A DNA stretch of 48,536 nucleotides from an uncultured Eubacteriales bacterium (GTDB taxonomy: Bacteria > Bacillota_I > Bacilli_A > RF39 > UBA660). The stretch spans positions 1 to 48,536 of the forward strand of contig OMST01000056.1 in NCBI GenBank assembly GCA_900313815.1, read 5' to 3'. The notes beneath the pieces are model-generated. The model did no database searches. It was not told where the DNA came from and saw only the letters and a program-made list of their open reading frames with translations. Position 1 is the first letter of the stretch, and the number at the start of each line of letters is the position of its first letter. Positions 19,814 to 29,771 of this stretch are shown one piece after another. The position numbers were made by a program, and so were the translations under genes.

Positions 19814-19990
19814 ATGATATTTCTAATAGTTAAAAAATTAGTTTGGACATTATGTTTATTATATACAGTAAATATAATAATTAGTAAAACTGGTAAAATG
19901 ATTCCAATAAATATATATACAATAATAATAGTTTATTGCTATGATTTGATAGCAATAATGGCAATTATATATTTTAGATATTACTTTTAG
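19814..19990 (+). CDS. bofA: Pro-sigmaK processing inhibitor BofA-like protein (58 aa)
   Basis: Not in ORF track. MIFLIVKKLVWTLCLLYTVNIIISKTGKMIPINIYTIIIVYCYDLIAIMAIIYFRYYF*, RBS GAGGT, IPINxxT motif, located after recR. Confidence 0.72.
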   Translation: MIFLIVKKLVWTLCLLYTVNIIISKTGKMIPINIYTIIIVYCYDLIAIMAIIYFRYYF

Positions 19991-19999
19991 GAGGTTTTT

Positions 20000-20791
20000 T
20001 TGAATAAGTTAGAGGAGTATTTTAATCATTTAGATAACATTTCACATGCATTTCTTATTGGAAATGTTATTTTTGATGAAATAGAAGAAAGTCTAATAAA
20101 AATTATAGATAGTAAAATTTTACCGGGAATTAAAAATATTAAAGAAAATCCCGACATCTTTTATTATGATCAATATAGTGAATTAATAACAAAGGAAGAA
20201 ATAAAACAACTATTAAATAATATATCTAAAACATCCCAATTTAATAATGTAAAAATATATATAATTAATGGTGCTGAGAGATTATCTGATACAGTATACA
20301 ATGCATTACTTAAAACATTAGAAGAGCCTCAATTGAATGTATATGCCTTCTTGTTATCAAACAATATAGAAAATGTTAGGGAAACTATTAAAAGTAGATG
20401 CCAAAAAATATTTATTAATTCATCCGTTGACAGAAAAATAGAAAATGAGGAATTAAGAAACATCTCATTAAAAATAATAAATAACATTGAAAGTAATGGA
20501 ATAAATACAATGTTTGAATATAATAATATTTACTCTGAAATAGAAGATCGAGAGAAATTTAAGGAAATATTATATATATTATTAAAAGAATATGATCTAG
20601 TTTTAAGAAAAAAATTAAATAATGAAAAATATGATAGTATTATAATAGAAAAAAATGATATAATATCGTTGTCAAAAAAAGTTTTAGTTATTGATAAAAC
20701 AATTAACAATTTAAATAACTATTTAAATAAAAATCTTGCTATAGATAGATTCCTTATAGAAATGTGGAGATGTAAAAATGAAATGTGTTAG
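20000..20791 (+). CDS. holB: DNA polymerase III delta' (degenerate)
   Basis: NALLKTLEEP and TIKSRCQ; TTG start after AGGAGG; precedes ricT. Confidence 0.85.
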   Translation: MNKLEEYFNHLDNISHAFLIGNVIFDEIEESLIKIIDSKILPGIKNIKENPDIFYYDQYSELITKEEIKQLLNNISKTSQFNNVKIYIINGAERLSDTVYNALLKTLEEPQLNVYAFLLSNNIENVRETIKSRCQKIFINSSVDRKIENEELRNISLKIINNIESNGINTMFEYNNIYSEIEDREKFKEILYILLKEYDLVLRKKLNNEKYDSIIIEKNDIISLSKKVLVIDKTINNLNNYLNKNLAIDRFLIEMWRCKNEMC

Positions 20792-21581
20792 TGTAGAATT
20801 TAAATCAAATGGTAAACAATATACATTTAATAGTAACAATCTAGAATTAAAAATTGGCGACTATGTTATAGTTGAAACTGAAAGGGGACAACAATTTGGA
20901 AAAATAAGCGCAATTTTAGGTGAATTGGATGATAAAAAAGAACATTCTAATGTACTAAAGATTGCTAATGATAAAGATATCAAACAAAATAATAATAATA
21001 TTAAAGAAGCTGCTGAAGCATTAAAAAAAGCCCAAGAATTTGCTAATGAATATTCATTAGATATGAAATTTTTGGATGCATATTATACATTTGATAAGAA
21101 ACAATTATTTTTTCAATTTTTAGCGGATAATAGAGTTGATTTTAGAGATTTGGCTAAATCATTGGCTTCTATTTATAAAACAAGAATTGAATTAAGACAA
21201 GTTGGGGTAAGAGATAAAGCAAAAGAAATTTCTGGCATTGGAGCGTGTGGTAGAAAATTATGTTGTTCAAATTTTTTAAATGATTTAGATTCTGTTGGAA
21301 TTGCTCAAGTTAAAAATCAGAATTTAGCACTAAACCCTAATAAAATTAACGGTTTATGTGGTAGATTATTATGCTGTTTAAAATTTGAAGATGATTTATA
21401 TACCGAATATAGAAAAAATCTTCCTGAAGTTGGAGATAAGATAGAATATCAAAATGAAACTGGAACAGTATTAAGTATTGATATTCCTAATAGAAAATAT
21501 GTTTTTTTAAGTGAAAATGGAAATAAAATGGAAGTAAAGGTACCTTTTAGAAATGAAACAACAAAAAAATATAATAAATGA
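20778..21581 (+). CDS. ricT: RicT/YaaT PSP1-domain Fe-S protein
   Basis: RVDFRDL, TRIELRQVGVRD, GACGRKLCC, KINGLCGRLLCCLKFE. Confidence 0.93.
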   Translation: MKCVSVEFKSNGKQYTFNSNNLELKIGDYVIVETERGQQFGKISAILGELDDKKEHSNVLKIANDKDIKQNNNNIKEAAEALKKAQEFANEYSLDMKFLDAYYTFDKKQLFFQFLADNRVDFRDLAKSLASIYKTRIELRQVGVRDKAKEISGIGACGRKLCCSNFLNDLDSVGIAQVKNQNLALNPNKINGLCGRLLCCLKFEDDLYTEYRKNLPEVGDKIEYQNETGTVLSIDIPNRKYVFLSENGNKMEVKVPFRNETTKKYNK

Positions 21582-22287
21582 TTTAGTATATTTTAACAAT
21601 ATTAAAATAGTTCAAAATAAAGACTATTTTAATTTTAGTTTGGATTCAGTTCTTCTTCCGTATTTTGTTCAAATTAATCCTAGTACAAAAAGAATAATGG
21701 ATTTATGTACTGGTAATGCACCTATACCAATGATATTATCTTTAAAAACTGATGCCGAAATATTTGGAGTTGAATTACAAAAAGAAATATTTGATTTAGC
21801 TAAGCAAAGTATTGACTTAAACAAACAATTTAAGAATATCAGGTTAATTAATGAAGATGTTAAAAATATTTCTAATTTGTATGAAACTGATTATTTTGAT
21901 ATAATTACATGCAATCCACCTTATTTTAAAAAACAAGAAAATAGTATTATTAATAATAATAAAATTAAATCAATAGCTAGACATGAAATTGAAATAAATC
22001 TTGAAGATATAATTAAAGTAAGTAAAAAGTTATTAAAAAATGGCGGTTCATTAAACCTTATTCATAGAACAGATAGATTAATTGAAATAATATATTTAAT
22101 GAAGCTAAATAATATAGAACCAAAAAGAATAAGATTTATTTATCCTAAAAATGGAAAAGAATCTAATCTTGTTTTGATAGATGGTAGAAAAAATGGTTCA
22201 ACAGGATTAAAAATATTACCACCATTATATGTTCATAATGAAGACGGTAGTTATACAGATGAAGTATTAGAAATGTTTGGGAAGTGA
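21553..22287 (+). CDS. tRNA1(Val) (adenine(37)-N6)-methyltransferase (YabB/TrmN6)
   Basis: FSLDSVLL, DLCTGN, CNPPYF, ARHE. Confidence 0.9.
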   Translation: MKQQKNIINDLVYFNNIKIVQNKDYFNFSLDSVLLPYFVQINPSTKRIMDLCTGNAPIPMILSLKTDAEIFGVELQKEIFDLAKQSIDLNKQFKNIRLINEDVKNISNLYETDYFDIITCNPPYFKKQENSIINNNKIKSIARHEIEINLEDIIKVSKKLLKNGGSLNLIHRTDRLIEIIYLMKLNNIEPKRIRFIYPKNGKESNLVLIDGRKNGSTGLKILPPLYVHNEDGSYTDEVLEMFGK

Positions 22288-22291
22288 TAAA

Positions 22292-23134
22292 ATGAATCAA
22301 AAAAGTTATGAAGATAGTAAATATGGAAAATTATATTTGATACCTACTCCTATTGGCAATTTAGATGATATAACTTTAAGAGGAATAAACACATTAAAAG
22401 ATGTTGATATAATATATGCCGAAGATACCCGAAATACTTTAAACTTACTAAAATATTTTAATATTTCTAAAAAGATAGAATCATGCCATAAGTATTCGGA
22501 AATGATGCACAAGGATAGAATTATTAGAACGCTTAAAGAAGGGAAAAATATAGGATATGTAACCGATAGAGGAACACCATTAATCAGTGATCCAGGGAAT
22601 GTTATTGTTGATGCATGTATTAATGAAAATATTACTGTTATTTCTTTACCTGGAGCAAGCGCTCTTTTACCGGCTTTGAATATGTCTGGTATTTCTAATG
22701 AAAAATTTGTGTTTTATGGTTTTTTAAACAGTAAGAGTTCTATAGCAAAAAAAGAATTAATTCAATTAAGAGAAAACAATTGTACTTTAGTATTTTATGA
22801 GGCACCTCATAGAATTAAAAGTACTTTAGAACTAATGTTAAAAGTATTTGGTGATAGAAATGCTGCCATAGTACGAGAAATTTCAAAGATACATGAAGAA
22901 GTATTAAGAAATAAAATAAGTAATTTAATAGAAATATGTGATAAAATAAAAGGGGAAATAGTAATAGTCGTTGAAGGAAATACCGACAAAGAAGAAAAAA
23001 TTGATTATAATAAAAAAGTAAAAGAATTAATAAAAAAAGGATATTCAAAAAAAGATGCTGTTCATGAAGTGGCAGATCAATATAATATTAGTAAGAATAA
23101 ATTATATAATGAATTGTTCGATAAGGAGAAATAA
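22292..23134 (+). CDS. rsmI: 16S rRNA (cytidine(1402)-2'-O)-methyltransferase
   Basis: PTPIGNL, AEDTR, GTPLISDPG, YEAPHR, REISKIHEE. Confidence 0.96.
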   Translation: MNQKSYEDSKYGKLYLIPTPIGNLDDITLRGINTLKDVDIIYAEDTRNTLNLLKYFNISKKIESCHKYSEMMHKDRIIRTLKEGKNIGYVTDRGTPLISDPGNVIVDACINENITVISLPGASALLPALNMSGISNEKFVFYGFLNSKSSIAKKELIQLRENNCTLVFYEAPHRIKSTLELMLKVFGDRNAAIVREISKIHEEVLRNKISNLIEICDKIKGEIVIVVEGNTDKEEKIDYNKKVKELIKKGYSKKDAVHEVADQYNISKNKLYNELFDKEK

Positions 23135-23136
23135 TA

Positions 23137-23697
23137 ATGAAATTAGTGGTTGGTCTAGGAAATCCGGATAAAAAATATGAGAATACGAGACATAATTGTG
23201 GTTTTAGAGCCATAGATTTTTATGCGAAAAAAAATAATTTATTATTTAAAAACAAATATAATAGTTTATATACTGAAATTATTGTTAATAATGAAAAAAT
23301 AATACTAGTAAAACCACAAACATATATGAATTTATCCGGGACAGCTGTTAGAAAATTTGTTAATTTTTACGATATTAATATAAAAGACATTTTAATAATT
23401 TATGATGATGTTGATTTTGAAATTGGTAAATTTAAAATTAAAAGAAATGGTTCTTCTGGTGGCCATAACGGAATTAATAATATAATAGAAAATTTGAAAA
23501 CAAATAATATTCAACGTGTGAGAATAGGAATATCAAAAACCAAGGAAGAATTAATGAGTTATGTTCTCGGAACATTTTCAAAAGATGAAAATGAAAAAAT
23601 AGATAAATTATTACCTGTTATATGTAATATTATAGATGATTTTAGTATATTAGATATCGATAAATTGATGGAGAAATATAATAAGTCAAATGAATAG
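23137..23697 (+). CDS. pth: Peptidyl-tRNA hydrolase
   Basis: GLGNP, TRHN, KPQTYMNLSG, GGHNG. Confidence 0.97.
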   Translation: MKLVVGLGNPDKKYENTRHNCGFRAIDFYAKKNNLLFKNKYNSLYTEIIVNNEKIILVKPQTYMNLSGTAVRKFVNFYDINIKDILIIYDDVDFEIGKFKIKRNGSSGGHNGINNIIENLKTNNIQRVRIGISKTKEELMSYVLGTFSKDENEKIDKLLPVICNIIDDFSILDIDKLMEKYNKSNE

Positions 23698-26600
23698 TAA
23701 ATTATATTTAAAACTATTTGATTTTGATATAAATAAATATAATAAGATATTTATTAGTCCTAATGAAATATATAATCAATTTATATTATATATATTTTTT
23801 AAGTTGCAAAAAAACATTTTATTAGTAACACCTACACTTAATGAAGCTACAGAAATATATAACAATTTGAAAAATTATGTTGATAATGTTTATATTTTTC
23901 CAGAAGACGATTTTATAACAAAAAAGGCAATTGCCACTTCTCCTGAATTATTGTTTATGAGATCTAATTTGTTAAACAAATTTAGTAATAATGAACCCAA
24001 AATAATATTAGTGCATTTAAATAGTTTTATTAAAAAACTACCAAGTTTATTTGAATACAATAGTAAAAAGATTAAAATAACAAAAGGGGATAAAATTGAT
24101 AGAGAATCTTTTATTAAAAAATTATTAGATATAGGTTATAAGAAAGAAAGCATTGTATATGATACATCTGATTTTTCTGTAAGAGGATTTGTAATAGATA
24201 TATTTCCTATAAACTATGATAATCCATTAAGACTAGAATTGTTTGATGATGAGATAGAATCAATTAAATATTTTGATCCAGTATCTCAAAAGTCAATAAA
24301 AGAAATAGAAGATGCTTGCATTAGTTCAATTAAAGATGACTTTGGAGATAATAATTCTTCATTGAGAGAATATATAAATGATGGTAAAGTAATATTTCAT
24401 AATTATAATCAATTATTAAATCAAGAAAAGATGATTTTACCTCAAATTAAATACCTTGAAATTGAAAATGATGTGTATAAAGTAAATCAATTAGTAAATT
24501 TAAAAGAAGACATCTTTATTGACACAATTAATAATAAAAATAAACAATTAACAATTGAAGCAAAATCAATAGACAATTATAATTCTAATAAGGAAAAATT
24601 TGCTGATGCTATTATTACTAATAATGGAAAATTATATTGCACAAATAAAAATCTTTCAAATGAATTAAAAAAAATATATAAAAATATTACAATTATAGGA
24701 GAAAATCTAAATCATGGTTTTATATATAAAGACGAATACTATTTTTCTGAACATGATTTATATGAGTACAAAGTACATAAAGAATTATTAAAAAGCCAAA
24801 ATTATGGTAGTAAAATTTCTTCTATCGATAGTATTAAAGTAGGAGACTATGTTGTCCATAGAAAATCCGGTATTGGTATATATATGGGCATAACTACTAT
24901 AGAGAAAAAAGGTTTAAAAAAAGATTATATATTAATTCAATATAAAGGTAATGATAAATTATATATGCCTGTTGAAGATATATCTAAATTATACAAATAC
25001 TCTGCAAAAGAAGGTGCAAAACCTACAATAAATAAACTTAATAGTGTTGAATGGACTAAAACTAAATTAAGAATTAAAGAAAGAATAAAGAGCATAACAG
25101 GAGAATTATTAAAAATCTATAAAGAAAGAAATAAAGCAACTATTGAACCGTTTAAAAAAGACGACGAAGAACAATTAATGTTTGAATCTGAATTTGAATA
25201 TGAAGAAACTGCAGATCAATTAAAATGTTCTACTGAGATCAAACAAGATTTAGAAAAATCTAGACCAATGGAAAGATTATTATGTGGAGATGTTGGATAT
25301 GGTAAAACAGAAGTAATATTTAGAGCCATATTTAAAACTGTAATGAATAATAAACAAGTTGCATATTTATGCCCCACAACTTTGCTTTCTCATCAGCAAT
25401 TTGAATCTGCTAAAGATAGATTTAAAAATTATGGAATTAATATAGATATAGTAAATAGACATTATTCAAATAAACAAGTTCAAGAGAAATTAAAGAAACT
25501 AAAAGAAGGAAAAATAGATATAATATTTGGTACTCATAGATTATTAAGTAATGATGTTGAATTTAAAGATTTAGGATTACTGGTTATAGACGAAGAACAT
25601 CGTTTTGGTGTAGAGCAAAAAGAAAAAATCAAGAAACTAAAATCGAATGTACATGTACTATCGGTATCCGCAACACCAATACCAAGATCATTACAAATGT
25701 CTCTTGTCGGTATTAGAGATTTATCTTTAATTGAAAGTGCGCCTAAAAATAGATATCCGGTTCAAACATATGTTATTGAATATAATGAAATGTTAATAAG
25801 AGAAGCAATTATAAAAGAAATGTCTAGAAAAGGACAGGTGTTTATTTTATATAATAACATTATCAATATGAATAACATAGTTGATAAATATAGAAAACTT
25901 ATACCTGAAGCAAGAATATGTTATGCACATGGCAAGATGTCTAAAGATGAGATGCAAGATGTAATATATGATTTTACTAATCTTGAATATGATGTACTTA
26001 TAAGCACAACAATTATTGAAAATGGAATAGATATTCCAAATGCAAATACAATAATTGTAATTGATAGTGATAGATTTGGATTAAGTCAACTTTATCAAAT
26101 AAGGGGAAGAGTTGGTAGAAGTGATCGTATTGCTTATGCATATTTGATGTATAAAAAAGAAAAAGTATTAAATAGTACTGCTAAAAAAAGATTAGAGGCT
26201 ATAAAAGAATTTACTGAATTAGGTAGTGGATATAAAATTTCTTTAAGAGATTTAGCAATCAGAGGAGCAGGAGATATTTTAGGAAAAGAACAAGCTGGTT
26301 TTATAGATTCAGTTGGTGTTAGCATGTACATGGATTTATTAAATGAAGAAGTTAGTGGAAAAGAAATTGATGAAGAAGATGAAAAAGAACTACAACAAAT
26401 TGATGTAGAAACACATATTAGTAAAGAATATACAGATGAAAGCGAAATTGTTATTGAACTACATAAAAAAATAAATGGTATTACTAATAAAAAAGAATTA
26501 AATGATGTTTTAGAAGAAATTAAAGATCGATTCGGTTATACAAATGAAAAAATAATAATATATGCTCATGAAAAATATATAGAAAAATTATTAACTATTA

Positions 26601-26845
26601 CAATGGTTAAAATAACAGAAAATGACAATTTAAAGTGTGTTCTTAAAATAAAAAAAGAGAATTATGAGACATTAAATATAGAATCATTATTCTTAGAATC
26701 AGCGAAAATAACTACAAAATTTAATTTCGAATATAAGAACGGATCAATATTTATAACTTTATTGAAAGCAAGCCTAGAAAAGAACTATATTTATTATTTA
26801 GAATCATTATTAGAAATAATATATAAGCAAAAATTTCTTGTATAA
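23690..26845 (+). CDS. mfd: Transcription-repair coupling factor
   Basis: GDYVVH, GDVGYGKT, DEEHRFG, SATPIPR, QLYQIRGRVGR, RDLAIRGAG. Confidence 0.97.
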   Translation: MNSKLYLKLFDFDINKYNKIFISPNEIYNQFILYIFFKLQKNILLVTPTLNEATEIYNNLKNYVDNVYIFPEDDFITKKAIATSPELLFMRSNLLNKFSNNEPKIILVHLNSFIKKLPSLFEYNSKKIKITKGDKIDRESFIKKLLDIGYKKESIVYDTSDFSVRGFVIDIFPINYDNPLRLELFDDEIESIKYFDPVSQKSIKEIEDACISSIKDDFGDNNSSLREYINDGKVIFHNYNQLLNQEKMILPQIKYLEIENDVYKVNQLVNLKEDIFIDTINNKNKQLTIEAKSIDNYNSNKEKFADAIITNNGKLYCTNKNLSNELKKIYKNITIIGENLNHGFIYKDEYYFSEHDLYEYKVHKELLKSQNYGSKISSIDSIKVGDYVVHRKSGIGIYMGITTIEKKGLKKDYILIQYKGNDKLYMPVEDISKLYKYSAKEGAKPTINKLNSVEWTKTKLRIKERIKSITGELLKIYKERNKATIEPFKKDDEEQLMFESEFEYEETADQLKCSTEIKQDLEKSRPMERLLCGDVGYGKTEVIFRAIFKTVMNNKQVAYLCPTTLLSHQQFESAKDRFKNYGINIDIVNRHYSNKQVQEKLKKLKEGKIDIIFGTHRLLSNDVEFKDLGLLVIDEEHRFGVEQKEKIKKLKSNVHVLSVSATPIPRSLQMSLVGIRDLSLIESAPKNRYPVQTYVIEYNEMLIREAIIKEMSRKGQVFILYNNIINMNNIVDKYRKLIPEARICYAHGKMSKDEMQDVIYDFTNLEYDVLISTTIIENGIDIPNANTIIVIDSDRFGLSQLYQIRGRVGRSDRIAYAYLMYKKEKVLNSTAKKRLEAIKEFTELGSGYKISLRDLAIRGAGDILGKEQAGFIDSVGVSMYMDLLNEEVSGKEIDEEDEKELQQIDVETHISKEYTDESEIVIELHKKINGITNKKELNDVLEEIKDRFGYTNEKIIIYAHEKYIEKLLTITMVKITENDNLKCVLKIKKENYETLNIESLFLESAKITTKFNFEYKNGSIFITLLKASLEKNYIYYLESLLEIIYKQKFLV

Positions 26846-26868
26846 ATAATATAAATGTATTCAAAATA
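26840..26868 (+). promoter_or_regulatory. Putative sigma-G promoter of spoVT
   Basis: GTATA(26840)-17 bp-CAAAATA(26862), fits GNATA-N17/18-CAnnnTA. Confidence 0.5.
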
Positions 26869-26885
26869 TTATAAGGGTGATATAT

Positions 26886-27380
26886 TTGAATACTAGTGGA
26901 ATCATTCGAAAAATAGATGATTTGGGAAGAATTGTTTTACCAAAAGAATTAAGAAAATATTTAAATATTAATACTGGCGATGATTTTCAAATATCATTAG
27001 AAGATGAAAAAATAATATTAGAAAAATATTCATATATTAAAAGTAATCAAAACGAAATAATTAAAATAATTTCAAGCTTTATTAAAATTACTAATGTCAA
27101 TTTTAGATTAATAGTAAATAATAGAATAGTGACTACTGGTGAAAAGATAGAATCTAAAATAATAGATATTATTAATGATAGAAAAATATTTATAGATGAA
27201 GATATTAAAAACTATGAGTTGATTTCATGTAACTATGAAAACGGGAAATTAATAATATATCCAATTGTATTAAATAGCGATTTATATGGAGCAATTGTTG
27301 TAGTGCATAATCATGATACTAAAACAGTTTTAGAATACTTAAAAATTATTTATGATATAATTAAAAACAAATATATATAA
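26886..27380 (+). CDS. spoVT: Stage V sporulation protein T (AbrB-like N-terminus plus GAF-like C-terminus)
   Basis: GIIRKIDDLGRIVLPKELR and PIVLNSDLYGAIV; directly after mfd. TTG start at 26886 after GGTGA (alternative GTG 26877). Confidence 0.8.
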   Translation: MNTSGIIRKIDDLGRIVLPKELRKYLNINTGDDFQISLEDEKIILEKYSYIKSNQNEIIKIISSFIKITNVNFRLIVNNRIVTTGEKIESKIIDIINDRKIFIDEDIKNYELISCNYENGKLIIYPIVLNSDLYGAIVVVHNHDTKTVLEYLKIIYDIIKNKYI

Positions 27381-27459
27381 TATGTAAAAAAATGTAAATT
27401 ATTTGTTTATTTTGTCATTGTTATTGAAAATAAAATATATGAAATGTTAATATTGATAT

Positions 27460-27666
27460 GTGATGACTATGAAAATTATGAGAAATGTTTTTAAAGATAA
27501 TAGCATGTTAAAATTTACTTTAATGAGTTTAATTGGTGCTATTGGTATTATTATATTAGGTAGTAAATTTCATTTTTATGCATATCAAATTATGTATTTG
27601 TTTTTAGGATTTTATTTTATATTAAAAAATATTTATTGCAATATTTTTGGAGTTTATAATGATTGA
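27460..27666 (+). CDS. Small hypothetical membrane protein
   Basis: 68-aa ORF with two hydrophobic stretches filling the spoVT-tatD gap and overlapping the tatD start; weak RBS. Confidence 0.4.
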   Translation: MMTMKIMRNVFKDNSMLKFTLMSLIGAIGIIILGSKFHFYAYQIMYLFLGFYFILKNIYCNIFGVYND

Positions 27667-28402
27667 TTCTCATGCTCATATTTTAAATGAATACTATGAT
27701 AATATATATGGATTAATATATGACTTAAAAAATAAGAATATTAGATATGTATTAAATTGTGCAGATAGTATTAAGACTTCAAAGGAAGTAATTGAATCAT
27801 ATATAAAATATGATGGCTTTTTATTGCCAGCAGTTGGTATACATCCTGAATGTATAGATACTGCTGATTTGAGCGAATTAGAACATCTAATAAAAAACAA
27901 TAAAGTATATGCTGTGGGAGAAATAGGTTTAGATTATTATCAAAATGATACTAATAAAGAAGAACAAAAAGAATTATTTAACAAGCAATTAGATTTAGCT
28001 GAAAAATATAAATTGCCGATTGTAGTTCATATTAGAGATGCTATGCAAGATACATTTGATATATTAAAAAAAAGAAATCTAAAAGGTATTATTCATTGTT
28101 TTAGTGGAAGCTATGAAATGGCAAAAGAATTTATTAAATTGGGATATAAATTAGGAATCGGTGGAGTGTTGACTTTTAAAAATTCTAAATTATATCAAGT
28201 AATAGAAAAAATTGATCTTAATTATATATTATTAGAAACTGATAGTCCATATTTATCACCAGAACCATTTAGAGGCAAAAAAAATAATCCAGCAAACATA
28301 TACTATATTGCTAAAAAAATATCTGAAATAAAAAATGTATCTGTAGATGAAGTTATTAAAAAAACTAGTGAAAATTTTAATGATATTTTTGACATTCAAT
28401 AA
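27659..28402 (+). CDS. tatD: TatD family DNase
   Basis: IDSHAH, VGIHP, GEIGLDY, HCFSG, ETDSPYL. Confidence 0.95.
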   Translation: MIDSHAHILNEYYDNIYGLIYDLKNKNIRYVLNCADSIKTSKEVIESYIKYDGFLLPAVGIHPECIDTADLSELEHLIKNNKVYAVGEIGLDYYQNDTNKEEQKELFNKQLDLAEKYKLPIVVHIRDAMQDTFDILKKRNLKGIIHCFSGSYEMAKEFIKLGYKLGIGGVLTFKNSKLYQVIEKIDLNYILLETDSPYLSPEPFRGKKNNPANIYYIAKKISEIKNVSVDEVIKKTSENFNDIFDIQ

Positions 28403-28417
28403 ACAAGATTATATAAT
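28389..28417 (+). promoter_or_regulatory. Sigma-A promoter of the 3D-domain gene and rsmA
   Basis: TTGACA-17 bp-TATAAT, perfect consensus. Confidence 0.8.
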
Positions 28418-28437
28418 ATTGTCAAGAGAGAGGCAAT

Positions 28438-28992
28438 ATGAAGAAGTATATAATCAGCCGTATTATTATGGGCTTACAATTTTTATTTATATTAGCTGTT
28501 ATTTTCTGTTTAAAGGAAGAATTACCTAGGACAGGAATGCTTTCAATTTCACTAAATGATGATCTTACTAAAAGTGTAGGAAAAGAAATAATACAAGCAT
28601 CTCAAAATGAGTTATATAAAAAAGGTATTAATAATCCTATATATACTTTTGTTGGTGAATTAACTGGATACGCAGGCGATTGTGCTCTTTGCACTGGATA
28701 TTTAGCATGCCCTCCAAGAACTAATGTTATAAAAGAGGGTATATATTATAATGATAAAACATATGGCAGGATAAGAATAGTTGCTAGTAGCAGAAAATAT
28801 CCTTGTGGTACTATATTAAAGTTTAATGTTAATAAACTTTCTAATGAACCAATTGTTGCGATAGTACTTGATCGAGGCGTTGGAGGCAATGTTATTGATT
28901 TATTAACAGAAAGTGAAGATTATGCAATAAAACATGTTGGAAGAGTGAGACAATTAGAGTTTGAAGTTTTAAGAGAAGGATGGACAAAATGA
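28438..28992 (+). CDS. Membrane-anchored 3D-domain-like protein (YabE position)
   Basis: N-terminal hydrophobic helix; ELTGY, YPCGT and AIVLDRG..VIDLL resemble a 3D domain; between tatD and rsmA. Confidence 0.65.
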   Translation: MKKYIISRIIMGLQFLFILAVIFCLKEELPRTGMLSISLNDDLTKSVGKEIIQASQNELYKKGINNPIYTFVGELTGYAGDCALCTGYLACPPRTNVIKEGIYYNDKTYGRIRIVASSRKYPCGTILKFNVNKLSNEPIVAIVLDRGVGGNVIDLLTESEDYAIKHVGRVRQLEFEVLREGWTK

Positions 28993-29762
28993 GAAATTTT
29001 GATTATAAAAAATCATTGGGCCAGAACTTCTTAATAGATAAAAATATTATAAATAAGATAGCAGAATCTATTAATGTTAACAATGATGATTTAATTATAG
29101 AAATAGGCCCTGGATCAGGTGCTTTAACACAAGAATTAGTAAAAAAAGGTTGTAAAGTAATTTGCTTTGAAATAGACGAAAGATTAAAAGATAAATTATC
29201 ACTTATAAAAAGTGATAATTTAACAATTATATTTAATGACTTTTTAACAATTAATTTAAATGATTATACTAAAGATTATAAGAGATTATTTTTTGTAGGC
29301 AATCTACCTTACTATATAACAACTGCGATAATCAATAAAATTGTAAGTGAAAGTAATCCATATGAAATAACCATAATGATTCAAAAAGAAGTGGCTGATC
29401 GATTTTCAGCAAAACCTAATTCAAAAGAATATGGATCTTTAAGCGTTTTTTTACAGTATAATTTTGATATAATTAAAATATGTAATGTAAGTAAAAATTG
29501 TTTTGAACCTGTTCCCAAAGTAGACAGTACGGTTTTAAAACTAATTAAAAATAAAAAATATAATGTTAAAAACGAACAAAAATTTTATAAATTAATAAAA
29601 GATTCATTTAAGCAAAAAAGAAAAAATCTTAGAAACAATTTAAAAAGCTATGATTTTGAAAAAATCAATAGCATTTTAAAAACATTTGATAAAGATTTAA
29701 ATAAAAGAGCTGAGCAAATAACAATAGAGGAATTTGTTAAAATATCTAATGAAATATTTTAG
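28989..29762 (+). CDS. rsmA: 16S rRNA dimethyladenosine transferase
   Basis: KKSLGQNFL, EIGPGSGALT, NLPYYIT, PVPKVDS. Confidence 0.97.
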   Translation: MRNFDYKKSLGQNFLIDKNIINKIAESINVNNDDLIIEIGPGSGALTQELVKKGCKVICFEIDERLKDKLSLIKSDNLTIIFNDFLTINLNDYTKDYKRLFFVGNLPYYITTAIINKIVSESNPYEITIMIQKEVADRFSAKPNSKEYGSLSVFLQYNFDIIKICNVSKNCFEPVPKVDSTVLKLIKNKKYNVKNEQKFYKLIKDSFKQKRKNLRNNLKSYDFEKINSILKTFDKDLNKRAEQITIEEFVKISNEIF

Positions 29763-29771
29763 ATATTTTTT

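Noticed and set aside
20117-20132. Second NBS inside holB (ATTTTACCGGGAATTA)
   Set aside because: Four mismatches to consensus and explained by Leu-Pro-Gly codons.
26886-27380. AbrB/MazE antitoxin or abrB itself
   Set aside because: Has a SpoVT-type C-terminal domain, sits after mfd, and has no toxin partner.
27383-27398. WalR box (TGTWAH-N5-TGTWAH)
   Set aside because: Spacing is 4 bp rather than 5, and such matches are common in AT-rich DNA.
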